Origin: Pseudomonadota bacterium
Lineage (GTDB): Bacteria; Myxococcota_A; Bradymonadia; UBA4248
Direction: 5' to 3'
NCBI GenBank assembly: GCA_017441205.1
Contig: JAFRYG010000067.1
Coordinates: 140 to 64,139, forward strand
DNA length: 64,000 bases
In this document: positions 18,331 to 30,043 of the stretch, piece by piece
How positions within the stretch are numbered: position 1 is the first letter of the stretch
How the letters are laid out: every line of letters begins with the position of its first letter
Translations under genes and position numbers: made by a program
The notes under the pieces: model-generated
What the model saw: only the letters and a program-made list of their open reading frames with translations
What the model was told of the DNA's origin: nothing
Databases searched by the model: none

Positions 18331-19212
18331 TTATCGTCTTCGTCCTCTGCCATTGCCGGTGCGGCTGTTGTGTCTTCGGTCATCCTGATTCGAGTGATTG
18401 CGGCGGCGATCGTTTCGTCTGTCGTCACCGCGCCGTTCCTCATTTCCCCGACCGGAACGGCGTTCACCATCGCGTTTTCCATCGAATCGTCTTTCGCCGC
18501 GTCTTCGGTCATCGCGATGGCGATCATCTTCTTCGGTGCGTGGAGGCGTTCCCATCGGGCAGGCGGGTCCGAGATCCCGCAGGGCGCATGCCCAGTGCAG
18601 GGGACTTCGCATGGCAGCGACAAATGAAGCCTGATCGTGGATGGATGCAGCAAACAGCGTTGCGCAATGGCCGATGTCTTCGGGATTGTCAAAGACCCCG
18701 GAACCTGCGCATGCCGGAATACCGAGTACCTGCTGGGCTTCGATGCTCAGTTCGTTGTCGATTCTGCGGCGGTAAACCGAAATGGTATCGATGGCGTCAA
18801 AACTGCGTCCCTTGGAATCGCGTGCGCTGTAGACGCGATCCTTGAGACCTTCGCCCCGGTTGAAAACGTCGCGGGCAACGACGATACCGCCGCGCGCGTG
18901 GAAGAATTCGAGGACATCTTCGATGGCCGGGTGATCCCCGAGACTCCGCCAGCTTTCAGAAACATATTCATCATCGATTTGAGCAGGGAATGCGACAACG
19001 CGTCCTGCTGAGGTTTCGAGTTCAATGCCATGAGCGACAAAGAAATTTTCACGACCGGCGATGGCTGAATATTCGCGGGCTCGGTTCGAGGAATTGCGAT
19101 CGGTTACGGCAATGCCGTCAAGACGGGCACTCTTTGCAGCCCTGATGAGGGATTCAATATCAAGTGGGGCATTGGGGCTTGCCTGAGTGTAGGTAAATAC
19201 GTCAATGAGCAT
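18331..19212 (-). CDS. PHP-domain-like protein with substituted metal-binding histidines and an Arg/Asp-rich C-terminal tail
   Basis: The N-terminus MLIDVFTYTQAS...GIAVTDRN aligns to the PHP motif MxxDLHxHTxxS...AITDH with His replaced by Phe, Tyr and Arg. The C-terminal ~70 aa are RD/RG/RE-rich. Confidence 0.55.
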   Translation of the reverse strand: MLIDVFTYTQASPNAPLDIESLIRAAKSARLDGIAVTDRNSSNRAREYSAIAGRENFFVAHGIELETSAGRVVAFPAQIDDEYVSESWRSLGDHPAIEDVLEFFHARGGIVVARDVFNRGEGLKDRVYSARDSKGRSFDAIDTISVYRRRIDNELSIEAQQVLGIPACAGSGVFDNPEDIGHCATLFAASIHDQASFVAAMRSPLHWACALRDLGPACPMGTPPRTEEDDRHRDDRRRGERRFDGKRDGERRSGRGNEERRGDDRRNDRRRNHSNQDDRRHNSRTGNGRGRRR

Positions 19213-19412
19213 TCGTTCTCCTTATTTCATGCCAGTAGTCCGTTGCGGACATATAGTAACTCACGTGTTTTATAGCATACATTTCAAAATTTAGAATCAC
19301 ATTGCATGTCGAAATTGTCATTTGTTCACCTTGCACATTGAATTGCGGGTAGTGTAAATGCGCGTACACGTTTTGGGGGATGATTGGACCATTTTTGACA
19401 TAACGGTTTAAA

Positions 19413-22400
19413 ATGAAATTTACCCGCATTTTTACAAAAGATTTATCGAATCCGCTCGAAGGAATTGAGTTCGAGCAGAGAACAAGTCAGCTTCGCAATA
19501 TGGATGGCAGCTCTGGCTCGACCAGCATTGTCATTCGGGTTCCTTCGGACTGGTCCCAGATGGCATCCGATATTCTGGCTCAGAAGTATGTCAGAAAAGC
19601 GGATATTCCGGCTGCAACAGTCCGCGTACCGGAGCCGGGCATTGAGCCCTGGCTGCAGCGCAGTATTCCGGATGAAAATGTACTGGCATCCATGGATGAA
19701 TCATCGAGATTTGGTTCCGAAACGGATGCTCGTCAGATCTTTCACAGAATTGCCGGATGCTGGACATACTGGGGTGTAAAATCCGGAACCTTCGACGATG
19801 AGCAGGCCCACATTTTTTACGATGAGATGGTCTATCTGCTTGCGCATCAGATGGCTGCACCGAATTCACCCCAATGGTTCAATACGGGGCTGCACTGGGC
19901 CTACGGCATCAGCCGTCCCCAAAAGGGGCACTACCGCGTCGATCCCGAGACCAACGTGTGTGAAGAGGTCCTGGATCCCTACGTATATCCTCAGGCGCAT
20001 GCTTGTTTTATTCAGTCCGTGGAAGATGATCTCTGCGGCAAAGACGGCATCATGGATTTGTGGCACAAAGAGGCTCGCCTGTTCAAGTTCGGGTCCGGGA
20101 CGGGATCCAACTTTTCGAAGATTCGCGGCTTTGACGAACCCCTTTCGTGCGGTGGAAAGTCTTCGGGACTTTTGAGTTTTCTTGCGATTGGTGATGCTGC
20201 CGCAGGTGCAATCAAATCGGGCGGCACGACGCGCCGTGCTGCCAAGATGGTTTGCCTGGATGCTGATCATCCCGATATCGAATCTTTCGTTCGCTGGAAG
20301 CGCACCGAAGAGGAAAAGGTTGCGGCACTGGTGGCCGGTTCGCAGGTGACGCACAAATTTGTCACGCAAATGAATGCGGATGTGGAAAATGCACGCCAGG
20401 AACTCGGCGAAGATGCTGCGGATCCGCATCAGAACAAATCATTGCGCCGAACCTTGCGCGACGCTGTCAAAGCCGGCGTTCCGGAAGCTTTGCTCTATCG
20501 GACGCTGCTCGCGCTCAAATCGCATGTTCAGCAGCCGGAAATTGCGACGTTCAATGCCTCCTGGGAGGGCAATGCCTATCAGAGCGTCGGCGGACAGAAT
20601 GCCAACAATTCGGTTCGCCTGAATGCGAAGTTCATGGATGCGCTCGAGCACGATGGTATCTGGTCTTTGACGCGCCGGACGGATGGCGCAATTTCGCGCA
20701 CGATCCGTGCAAAAGATCTGTGGAATGAAATCGCCTACAATGCCTGGGCATGCGCGGATCCCGGGCTTCAGTTTGATACGACGATCAATGACTGGCATAC
20801 TTGCCCGCAGTCCGGACCGATTCGGGCGAGCAACCCCTGTTCGGAATTCATGTTCCTGGACGATTCTGCGTGCAATCTTGCATCGATCAATCTGGTCAAA
20901 TTCATGCGGCCGGATGGATCCTTTGATGTGGAGCGATTTGAGGTTGCAGTCATTCTGTATACGGTGGCACTCGATATTACGGTGACGATGGCACAGTATC
21001 CGAGTGCAAAAATTGCCCGTCAGAGCTTTGATTTCAGGCCGCTTGGGCTGGGATTTGCCAACCTCGGATCGCTCATCATGCGTTCGGGATTTCCTTATGA
21101 TTCGCCCAAAGCCAGAGCACTGGCCGCAGCAATTTCGAGCCTGACCACTTCCGTATGCTATCGGACCAGCGCATTGCTCGCCAAAGAACTGGGGACTTTT
21201 GAAGCCTATGAACTCAATGCAGCGGATATGAACCGCGTCATTCGCAATCATCGGCGTGCGGCGTATCTGGCCCCTCGTGAGGCTTACGAAAATCTGAGCG
21301 TGACGCCGGCATTGCCGCCCGAAAGTGCCTTTAACCGGGAAATTCAGTCCAGGGCTCAGAGCGTTTGGGATGATGTCGTCAGACTTGGGCAGGAAGTCGG
21401 TTTCCGGAATGCTCAGGTAACCTGTATTGCGCCGACAGGAACGATCGGACTGCTCATGGATTGCGATACGACAGGTGTGGAGCCGGATTTTGCACTCGTA
21501 AAATTCAAAAAGCTCGTTGGCGGCGGTTATTTCAGGATCATCAATACGGCGATCCCTCAGGCATTGAAGTTACTGGGGTACGATGCGCATCAAATCGAGG
21601 ATATTCAGAACTATATTCTCGGTCATGCGACGATCAACGGTGCACCGGGCGTTCATCCCGAAGCACTGAGAATGCTTGGATTTGATACGGCGGCCATCGA
21701 AGCGATCAATCATGCCATTCAGTCGGCATTCGATATTCATTTTGCCGTGACGCCAGGTGTCGTCGGACTGGATTTTTGCCGCACGCGGCTCAAGGTTCCC
21801 GAAGAAATGCTCAGGGATCCGAGCTTTGATCTGCTGAGTTTTATCGGATTTACGCCGCAGCAGATATCGCAGGCGAATCTGTATGCTTTCGGGACGATGA
21901 CGATCGAAGGTGCACCGCATATCAAGCCAGAGCATCTTGCCGTCTTTGACTGTGCCAATCGCTGCGGCGAACTGGGGACTCGGTTTATTCCGGCCATGGC
22001 CCATGTGACAATGATGGCGGCGATTCAGCCTTTGATTTCGGGCGCAATTTCCAAGACGATCAATTTCCCGGGGGATGCGACGGTTCATGATATTGAGCAT
22101 GTGCATTATCAGGCATGGAAACTCGGGCTCAAGGCCATTGCAATTTATCGCGATGGATCCAAGCTTTCGCAGCCGCTCAATTCGACGAAAATATTCGATT
22201 TTGAGTCACTGAACGACGAAGAAGAGAGTGCGGCGGAATCCGGCAGTCACGATGATCCTTCGGGCGCACCGCATGCGGCGCGCCGCAAACTGCCGTCGCG
22301 CAGGAGCGGTTATACGCAGAAAGCATCGATCAATCAGAACAACATCTATCTGCGTACCGGCGAGTATGCTGATGGATCGTTGGGTGAAATCTTCATCGAT

Positions 22401-22934
22401 ATGCACAAGGAAGGGGCGGCTTTCAGGAGTTTGATGAACTGCTTTGCGATTGCCGTCAGTCTGGGACTGCAGCATGGGGTGCCGCTTGAGGAATACGTGG
22501 ATGCATTTGTATTTACGCGTTTTGAGCCATCCGGGCCTGTTGCGGGGCATGGAACCATCAAGTTTGCGACATCCATCATCGATTATATCTTCCGTGAACT
22601 CGGCATCACCTATCTTGGAAGGACTGAGCTCGGACATGTGAATCCGGATGATCTGCCCAACAATGAGGACGACAACGAATTCTCGGTGCCTTATCTGCCC
22701 GGATTTGAGGGACGTCGGACGCCGCATCATCTTTCGTCAGCTTCCCTGCAGAGTGTGGGTCATTCTGAGAATGGCGGTCATCGCCATACGCAGGAAGGAC
22801 GCGACAGCCGTTCGATTGCGCGGCTGAAGGGATACGAAGGGGATCCGTGTCCGGAGTGCGGCAATTTTACGATGCTGCGCAACGGAACATGTTTGAAGTG
22901 CGACAGCTGCGGGGCGACGAGCGGATGCAGCTAA
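19413..22934 (+). CDS. nrdJ: Class II adenosylcobalamin-dependent ribonucleotide reductase
   Basis: The N-terminus [10 protein letters not shown]...IEFEQRTSQ, the length and the overall pattern are typical of NrdJ. The C-terminal Cys cluster is CPECGNF...[13 protein letters not shown]. Confidence 0.85.
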   Translation: MKFTRIFTKDLSNPLEGIEFEQRTSQLRNMDGSSGSTSIVIRVPSDWSQMASDILAQKYVRKADIPAATVRVPEPGIEPWLQRSIPDENVLASMDESSRFGSETDARQIFHRIAGCWTYWGVKSGTFDDEQAHIFYDEMVYLLAHQMAAPNSPQWFNTGLHWAYGISRPQKGHYRVDPETNVCEEVLDPYVYPQAHACFIQSVEDDLCGKDGIMDLWHKEARLFKFGSGTGSNFSKIRGFDEPLSCGGKSSGLLSFLAIGDAAAGAIKSGGTTRRAAKMVCLDADHPDIESFVRWKRTEEEKVAALVAGSQVTHKFVTQMNADVENARQELGEDAADPHQNKSLRRTLRDAVKAGVPEALLYRTLLALKSHVQQPEIATFNASWEGNAYQSVGGQNANNSVRLNAKFMDALEHDGIWSLTRRTDGAISRTIRAKDLWNEIAYNAWACADPGLQFDTTINDWHTCPQSGPIRASNPCSEFMFLDDSACNLASINLVKFMRPDGSFDVERFEVAVILYTVALDITVTMAQYPSAKIARQSFDFRPLGLGFANLGSLIMRSGFPYDSPKARALAAAISSLTTSVCYRTSALLAKELGTFEAYELNAADMNRVIRNHRRAAYLAPREAYENLSVTPALPPESAFNREIQSRAQSVWDDVVRLGQEVGFRNAQVTCIAPTGTIGLLMDCDTTGVEPDFALVKFKKLVGGGYFRIINTAIPQALKLLGYDAHQIEDIQNYILGHATINGAPGVHPEALRMLGFDTAAIEAINHAIQSAFDIHFAVTPGVVGLDFCRTRLKVPEEMLRDPSFDLLSFIGFTPQQISQANLYAFGTMTIEGAPHIKPEHLAVFDCANRCGELGTRFIPAMAHVTMMAAIQPLISGAISKTINFPGDATVHDIEHVHYQAWKLGLKAIAIYRDGSKLSQPLNSTKIFDFESLNDEEESAAESGSHDDPSGAPHAARRKLPSRRSGYTQKASINQNNIYLRTGEYADGSLGEIFIDMHKEGAAFRSLMNCFAIAVSLGLQHGVPLEEYVDAFVFTRFEPSGPVAGHGTIKFATSIIDYIFRELGITYLGRTELGHVNPDDLPNNEDDNEFSVPYLPGFEGRRTPHHLSSASLQSVGHSENGGHRHTQEGRDSRSIARLKGYEGDPCPECGNFTMLRNGTCLKCDSCGATSGCS

Positions 22935-22944
22935 AATAAAAAAC

Positions 22945-23027
22945 GCATGGCGTATTGGCCGTCAGGCCAATAGCCATGCGATAGGGCGGGCGTATCTGCG
23001 ACCGGAACGGTCCGCAGATAGCCGCCT
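22945..23027. terminator. Two large imperfect palindromes between convergent gene ends, likely bidirectional terminators of the REP-like TATTGG family
   Basis: cgcatggcGTATTGGCCgtcaGGCCAATAgccatgcg is preceded by an A-rich run. This is followed by ggcgTATCTGCGaccggaacggtCCGCAGATAgccgcc. Confidence 0.5.
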
Positions 23028-23030
23028 TCC

Positions 23031-26000
23031 TCAATTATCAGAAGACGCACCAGACGACAGGGTATAGGTATTGGAAATCGTCGAATCGGCACCTCTGACG
23101 AGCAGATAATAAGTGCCGGCTTCGGAAATATCAACAGATTCCGTATCCTGAGCTGTCGCAGATGAAGACTTAAGATCGCCTTTTTCGTCATAGACGAAGA
23201 GATCGAGATCGCCGTTGGCGTGTTCGAGTTTGAGCTGGATTGTGGCAGGGGCAGTCAGTGTGACCTTGAACCAGTCCTCGTCACCGGGGCAGATGGTGCC
23301 GGAATAGGTGCTGCTGATGGGCGTTGCCTTGAGAATATTGTCGTTCGGTTCGGAGGCATCGTTCTGGCAGGCGGGCTGAACATCGACGATGAGTGAGGCA
23401 CTGTTGTTGTTTTGTGCGACATCGTTGTCGGCTTTGACGGCCACAGAGAGCGTTGCCTGGCCCTGAAGCTGAGCGGGAACTGTGAGTTTTTTTGAAAAAT
23501 GGGCCGATTTGCCGGCGGCGAGGCTGCCGGTTTCTTTGGCGAGTACGTATTGCTGGCTGCCGGTCAGCGTGATGAGGGTTTGGTATTCGGAGTCGAGCGT
23601 CCCCTGATTTTTGAGATCGAAATCGACCAGGAACGGGGCATTGGAAGAGGGGGACATCGGAACTGCGGACAGCGACGAGATGGCCAGATCGACACCGTCT
23701 TCGCCGAGCCACTGCATGGTATAGGGCATGACGGGAGCTGCGCTGACGTTGGTATAGACGCGCACGTAATAGGTACCATCTTCGGTAGCTGTATAATCCA
23801 GCGTCTGTTTTTGGGGATTGGTCAAAAGCTGGATGAAGTGGACGTCCTCGCCGCCGTAGAGGCCGACCCTGAGACCGGAAGATTGTGTTTTGAAGCCGAT
23901 TTGAATGCGATCTCCCGAAACCATGTCGATCCTGTAATAATCTTCATCGTCCGACGGACAGATGGCGGCTTCCTCACCGGATTGTGCGGCTTCGCGCAGA
24001 TCGTAGGCCGAAGTCAGGAAATTGTTGGGTTCGAATACCGGGCTGCAGTTATTCCAGGATTGCGCCTTGCCCGTCTTGATATCGAGCGAATAAGCGGTTT
24101 CTGAGGCATTGTATTCATTTTCGAGGAGGAATACTTCGAGGTACATGGTCTGATCGCCGACGATGAGATCCCGGTGGATCGTTTCGGTCGGTGAACCGGT
24201 TCGGCTGGAAGCGATTTCGTTCATATTGGGATCGTACAGAACGATATCGAAATCGCCGGATTTTGTGGCTGTTGCCGTGATATCGAGTGTCGAACCGTGG
24301 AGCATGTCGAAGGCATAGAAATCGCGGTTACTCTGGCAGACGGCGAGTGCATCCTGATGGAAATGGCCGTCCGAGAGATCAATTTTTCGGGCTGTTTCCT
24401 GGGTTTCGTTTGGATCCAGCACGTCCCAGCAATTGCGTTCGAAGTTCCATGCTGAAGTTCTGGCGGTATTGTTGGAAGTGCGGGCGTCTTTGAGATCCTT
24501 CTGATCATCGATTTTGGCGATCAGGTAATAGATGCCGCCGGCAGTATCGATGGGGAGCTTGAGGGATACCGACTGTTGATTTGTCGTATTCGGGGCGAGG
24601 GCTGCTACGGATTGCTGGGTGATTTTCCAGGCAGTTTTGTCGATTTTGGGTGTCTGGGAAAGGTAGTAGCTGATCGTAAATTTGGGGGATGCTTTGGTGC
24701 CGAGGTTTGCGGTGGTGACGGTGACGTCCTTGAATTCGGATGCATTGAGTGCACCGCCGTCGATTTCGAGTCCGGCCAGAGCCAGATCGATGCCTTCGGT
24801 CTTGTCATAGACGCTCAAATCCATGTGGTAACGGTTGGCATCTGAAGGCGTCTGGCCTGTAACCCGGAGATAAACCGGCTGGGCAGAGACATTTTTGTAA
24901 TGGATGCCTGAAAAATACAAATCGTCAGCACCCTCAAAGGTCTGGGCAAGATTGGAACCCCGGTAGAGCTCCATTTTGAGGGGGGACAGTTTGTGATCGT
25001 GCGAGACATGGACTTCGAAGTTTTCGTTTTCCTTGATGTCGATGCGATAGAAATCGTCATCATTGGGGCAAAGCGTCAGATCTTCCTTGACGGTTTTGAC
25101 GGTTTTGGCCGACGACGTCTGATTGTTGGGTTCGTATTTATCCCCGGCGCAAACGCATTGTGAACCCGTCATGGCAATCGTCTGTGCCAGATCGATGGTA
25201 TTGTTTGTTTCGTTGATTTCGGAGACGATCATCGTGGCGTCAGCGGTGAACCGGAATTTGTAATTCGGGCACCAAAAATCGCATTTCAGAGGTTCATTGA
25301 CCTGAACGGTCATACATTTTCCGGGTTCAAGGCCTTCGATATAGATGCGTTTGAATTCGGATTCTGTGTTATCGCACTGGTTGATTCGCGTGACTGAAAT
25401 GTAGGAAGGACCGGCACTCGTCGTGCCTTTGTTGCAGAGCGGAACTGAAACCGCGAGGGGATCGCCGTTTTTGATCGTCGATGAGGATTCGAGCTGCGGC
25501 TGACCGAGCACGAGTTCGACGTTGGCAGCACTGCTGACGACGAGTTGTTCTGCGCCTCTTTGAATATTGTTATCTTCATTGGCTTCGCCGATGATGCCGC
25601 TCGAATCACAGAATGTATAAACCCAGTATTTGCCCGGTTTAATGCCGGTATCGGTTTCCATGATGCCGGTCATGGATCGCGAAGCCAATGCAGGCAAATC
25701 GTCGATATTGATGGAACCGACGATGTGATCTTTGTCCAGATCCAGGGACATATCCTGTGAGAGCAGGACTGTGCAGACGAAAGAGCCCGTGGGCTGGGAA
25801 CCCTGATTGTAGAGATCGATATCGACGCTGAAGGTACCGCCCGGCGTCGTGGAACTGGGGAAAAATTCAACTTTCTGAACGGTGATGTCGGCATCCAGTA
25901 CGGCTTCGTTCGTGACCTGGATGGGAGAGACACTGCGAACGGTATTGTTGTTTTCATCGCGTTCGACGATGGTGTTGCTGGGATCGAGAACGAGCCAGAA

Positions 26001-27013
26001 GTAATAGAGTCCGGGATCCGAAATGGCGGGGGCGATGGAGATGAGTATATTTTTGAAGGATTGTTCGATGCCCGAAATTCCACCGTCGATCGTGGATTCG
26101 TGGATCTTTACAGCACCTTCCATATCGGTGGCATTGTCTTTTGCGCCCAGCCAGATCTCGTATCCGAAAGTTTCGGATGTCGTTGAACCCTGGTTGAGCA
26201 CTTCGAACTGCGCAGTAGCTGCGGTCAGGATGGAAGTGGACGTGGGCGAGATCTGGAGCCGCGTCGGGACAAAATCGGCACCATCGGTCGATTGATTGCG
26301 GACGGTCAGGCTCTGGGTACTGAACGTAACGTTGTTGTCGTAGGAACTCTCGCCGATCGTTTTATCCGGATTGATGACTGCCGAAACGTAGTAAGCACCG
26401 GTTCGTATGGTGGCATCCATGGGAACCTCGAATTCGAGTTTCTGTATGGAATCGTCGGAACCTGCTGCCGGAAGTTCCTGCAGCGTATGCCGGTAGACGC
26501 GGGTAGAGCCTGCTTCGAGGTATGCAGTTTCGGATGCCGTCGGAGACAGATAGATGTCGATATAGGTCGGGACGCGAAGCGGACCATCGGCGCCATTCGA
26601 TACCTGGAACGAAACGGTAATCGAACCATTGGTGCTGACATCGAGCGGACGCGCTTCGAGTGCAGAAACGCTCAGATCCACGGTTTTGTAGACTTCAATT
26701 TTGGTCGAAGCATGGGACTTTTTGCCGCTGCATTCCAGGTCGACATCGACGGTATAGGTACCGGCTTCGCGATAGCGATGATCGGCTTCATAATCGCCGC
26801 TCAGGGTGATGCCGTCGCCAAAATCCCAGCTGCCCGTACAGATGACAGAGGGCTGTCCGTCATCCCTGTTCAGTTCGAAGTGAACGGTTCCGGGCGCATG
26901 TGTGCGCGCCGGATCGGCGAATATCATAAAATCGAAGTCATTGTTGTTATCGTCACTGCAGCCGCTCATCAAAAGCGACAGAAGTACGGCGCTGTACCAG
27001 TATTTTTTCATCA
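23031..27013 (-). CDS. Giant multidomain surface lipoprotein (~1327 aa) with repeated CARDB-like and pre-peptidase C-terminal (PPC)-like domains
   Basis: MMKKYWYSAVLLSLLMSGCS is a lipoprotein signal. Motifs of the form DDFYRIDI...LELYRG, DEDYYRIDM and DEDWFKVTL...DLDLFVYD recur. Confidence 0.7.
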
Positions 27014-27094
27014 TCGGGACCCCAATCACTGAGCGTCAAAAAATCCCGATAATTTTAACCGATTTCTGTGCGAAATGCGCCCTTTTTATGCATA

Positions 27095-27130
27095 AAAAAA
27101 TGCCCGCACTAAGCGGGCATTGAGAATTAC
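27095..27130 (-). terminator. Intrinsic terminator for the Cys-rich repeat lipoprotein gene
   Basis: On the plus strand an A7 run precedes aatgcccgc-acta-gcgggcatt, which reads on the minus strand as a hairpin followed by T7. Confidence 0.55.
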
Positions 27131-27145
27131 AACGATTGTAGTGGA

Positions 27146-29941
27146 TTAGAACAACCAGTCGTCGTTATTGGCCGCCGAATCCAGGCTCTTGACCTGGACG
27201 TTCCTGATCGACATCGTGCCTTCGTTCGTTGCCGAGTATGCACTGAGTTTGAACGAGAAGTTCTTGACGACGTCCTTTGTGGTCACGACGAACGAAGCAG
27301 TCTTGTAGGACTCTGTGATTTCGAAGACAGCGGATTGGCCGATTTCGCTGTTACCGTTCAGATATTGCAGACGGAGTTTCTGCGGGCCTGTACCGGCGCG
27401 CTTGACATCGAAGGTGATCTGAATGGTTTTCTTCTTGGCATCGCCGACTTTGAACCACATATAGAAGTTGTCAAAATTAGGAGCGCCACCCTTGATCCAG
27501 CTTCCGAGCTGCCAGGCGTCGTCGCCCGAAACGTATTGCGAAGGCTTGAATCCATTATTCTCGGCACCATGATGGATGAGAACGGTTCCCGTGCTTTCAT
27601 TGGTCAGGCTGTCGATGACGGACTGACTGGTGAATTTCCATTCCTTGACTGCGGTAAAGTCGGAGTCTTTGGCTTCGACGCATTCTTCGACGCTGATCTT
27701 GCAGACGTCATTCTTTTCTACGCATTTGGGTTGACCCGAAACGAAGACTTTGGCCGGATCGTAGTAGTTGCACGTCGGATAATCGGCTTTAACAGACATG
27801 AACATTTTGGTGTCGCCATCCATTTGCCAGTCGCACTGTTCACCTTCTGCATCGCCGAGAGTACCGTTGCCGCATTTTTTCTCTGAAATACCATCTGTGC
27901 ATGGATCCTTTTCATTGATGTCACATTTACTGGTTTTGCATTTTTCAGTGATAATATCGCTTTCGTCACAAATTGCGTAGTAAGTTGCATTAGCATTGGT
28001 GTAGCAGAACATTTCTTCTTTGTCGCATACACATCCCAGCTTTTCAAGGGAACACTTGACCTTCGAGTTATAGATGCTGCAATCCTCAGAGACACTGCAT
28101 TTGCCATCATTACATTCCATTAGTTTTTGGCCATCGCAGTAGATATCGGTGCAGCCGATGCCTTCCGCACATCCCAGCTTATTCTTGAGTTTATTATCGT
28201 CGGAATCCTTGTTCTTTTTGCAGTCGTAGCTGTAGCTCGTGCCAGTTATCTTGATCGTGGAACCATCGCATGTAAAGGCATTGTCGACGCAGTCAGGGAT
28301 TTTTTCATCGCATTTTTTGCCCAACATGGAGCAGTTTTCATAGACATCGCATTTGCCCATCTCGCACATCTTCAGGACGTTGTCTTCGCATTTGTAGATA
28401 GGTTTTGCCTTGCATTCGGATGTATCGAAATCCGAGCAGTCCGATTTGCATTTGAGCTTACCTGTTGAACCAATAAGAATATCGTTACAGGTCTTATTGT
28501 CCAGCTTGTCGCCGTCGCATTTTTCACCTTTGTCGATAGCTTTGTTTCCGCAGGTCTTGGCTTTGCAGCCTTCGATCTGGCATTTGTTGCAGACTGGCGT
28601 TCCCTCATAGCCATCCGGACATTTGTTTTTGCCTGCGGCAAAATCTTTGCCATCGCAGTCCTCGCCATTATCGACCTTTCCGTTTCCGCAGGTTTCTTTG
28701 GGTTTTTCCACGCATCCCGTAATCGTGCATTTGTTACAGACCGGTGTTCCTTCATAGCCGTCCGGACATTTGTCTTTGCCCGCTGCGAATTGATCGCTAT
28801 CGCAATCCTCGCCATTTTCGACCTTTCCGTTTCCGCAGCCTTCGGGGGCTTTTTGCGTACAGCCTTCGATCTGGCATTTGTTGCAGACTGGCATTCCTTC
28901 ATAGCCATCCGGACATTTATCCTTGCCCGTAGCGAATTTATCGCCGTCGCAGTCCTCGTCCTCATCCAGTGCATCGTTTCCGCACTTGTCATTGGCGATT
29001 TCGGTGCATCCTTCGATCTTGCATGCGTTGCAGACCGGTGTTCCCTCATAGCCATCCGGGCATTCGTCCTTGCCTTCGGCAAACTCGCTGCCGTCGCAGT
29101 CCTCGCCTTCATCAATCGTATCGTTTCCGCACTTGTCATTGGCAATTTCGGTACATCCTTCGATCTTGCACGAAGCACTGCAGGTTGGGGTTCCCTCATA
29201 GCCATCCGGGCATTTGTCCTTGCCTTCGGCAAATTCGCTGCCGTCGCAGACTTCGCCTTCATCAAGCGTATCGTTTCCGCACTTTTCGGGGATGATCTCG
29301 GTACATCCTTCGATCTTGCACGAAGCATTGCAGGTCGGGGTGCCTTCATAACCTTGCGGACAGGTGCCTTTGCCTTCTGCGAATTCGCTGCCATCGCAGT
29401 CTTCACCGGCGTCGAGCTTTCTGTTGCCGCAGTTTTCACTCTGGACCGCTGTGCAGCCCGTCACTTTGCATGCGCTGCATACGGGGGTTCCCGTCGTTCC
29501 TTCCGGACATTTGTCTTTGCCCGCTGCGAATTGAGCTCCGTCGCATTCTTCACCGGCGTCGAGCTTGCTGTTGCCGCATGTCGGCGAGGATACCGGCGTA
29601 CATCCAGTAATCTGGCAATTATTGCAGCTCGGAGTACCGGTCGTGCCGCTCGGACAGACGTTTTTACCTGCCGCAAAGGCTGTACCATCGCAGTCTTCGC
29701 CAGTATCGAGCTGATTGTTGCCACAGGTCGCGCTCACATCGACACAGCCTTCAATTTTGCAGGCATTGCAGACTGCAGTTCCGGATTGGCCTGCAGGACA
29801 CGACACGGTACCGCCATCGCACTGCTCATCGCCTTCAATGACATTGTTGCCGCATGTGGCTGATTGGGTTGTGGATTCTGCGCATCCGACGAGAGCGGCT
29901 GCTGCCAGAAAACTCATCGCGAAAAACTTTCGATAACTCAC
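27146..29941 (-). CDS. Lipoprotein with about 11 tandem Myxococcus-type cysteine-rich repeats (CGNxxLDxGExCDG...CPxGxxGTPxCxxCxIxGC) and a ~450-aa C-terminal domain
   Basis: MSYRKFFAMSFLAAAALVGC carries a lipobox. The ~40-aa repeat is highly regular. Overlapping ORFs on both strands (28372-29439, 28790-29863 and others) are artefacts. Confidence 0.8.
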   Translation of the reverse strand: MSYRKFFAMSFLAAAALVGCAESTTQSATCGNNVIEGDEQCDGGTVSCPAGQSGTAVCNACKIEGCVDVSATCGNNQLDTGEDCDGTAFAAGKNVCPSGTTGTPSCNNCQITGCTPVSSPTCGNSKLDAGEECDGAQFAAGKDKCPEGTTGTPVCSACKVTGCTAVQSENCGNRKLDAGEDCDGSEFAEGKGTCPQGYEGTPTCNASCKIEGCTEIIPEKCGNDTLDEGEVCDGSEFAEGKDKCPDGYEGTPTCSASCKIEGCTEIANDKCGNDTIDEGEDCDGSEFAEGKDECPDGYEGTPVCNACKIEGCTEIANDKCGNDALDEDEDCDGDKFATGKDKCPDGYEGMPVCNKCQIEGCTQKAPEGCGNGKVENGEDCDSDQFAAGKDKCPDGYEGTPVCNKCTITGCVEKPKETCGNGKVDNGEDCDGKDFAAGKNKCPDGYEGTPVCNKCQIEGCKAKTCGNKAIDKGEKCDGDKLDNKTCNDILIGSTGKLKCKSDCSDFDTSECKAKPIYKCEDNVLKMCEMGKCDVYENCSMLGKKCDEKIPDCVDNAFTCDGSTIKITGTSYSYDCKKNKDSDDNKLKNKLGCAEGIGCTDIYCDGQKLMECNDGKCSVSEDCSIYNSKVKCSLEKLGCVCDKEEMFCYTNANATYYAICDESDIITEKCKTSKCDINEKDPCTDGISEKKCGNGTLGDAEGEQCDWQMDGDTKMFMSVKADYPTCNYYDPAKVFVSGQPKCVEKNDVCKISVEECVEAKDSDFTAVKEWKFTSQSVIDSLTNESTGTVLIHHGAENNGFKPSQYVSGDDAWQLGSWIKGGAPNFDNFYMWFKVGDAKKKTIQITFDVKRAGTGPQKLRLQYLNGNSEIGQSAVFEITESYKTASFVVTTKDVVKNFSFKLSAYSATNEGTMSIRNVQVKSLDSAANNDDWLF

Positions 29942-30043
29942 GGTTACACCTCACAGAAAAAGAAGAAAACGCCTTTGGGGCGCACAAAACGATGACACCC
30001 TTTAGCAGAATTATCGGTATGTTGCGAGACGCAAAGCAACAAA

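Noticed and set aside
23499-26641. Multiple 80-250-aa ORFs on both strands inside the 23031-27013 gene
   Set aside because: Internal to a long, domain-rich CDS, with no start-site signals.
28372-29863. Long ORFs on both strands inside the Cys-rich repeat gene (28372-29439(-) and 28790-29863(+))
   Set aside because: Artefacts of GC-rich, codon-biased repeats. Only the 27146-29941(-) frame yields the regular Cys-repeat architecture and a lipoprotein signal.
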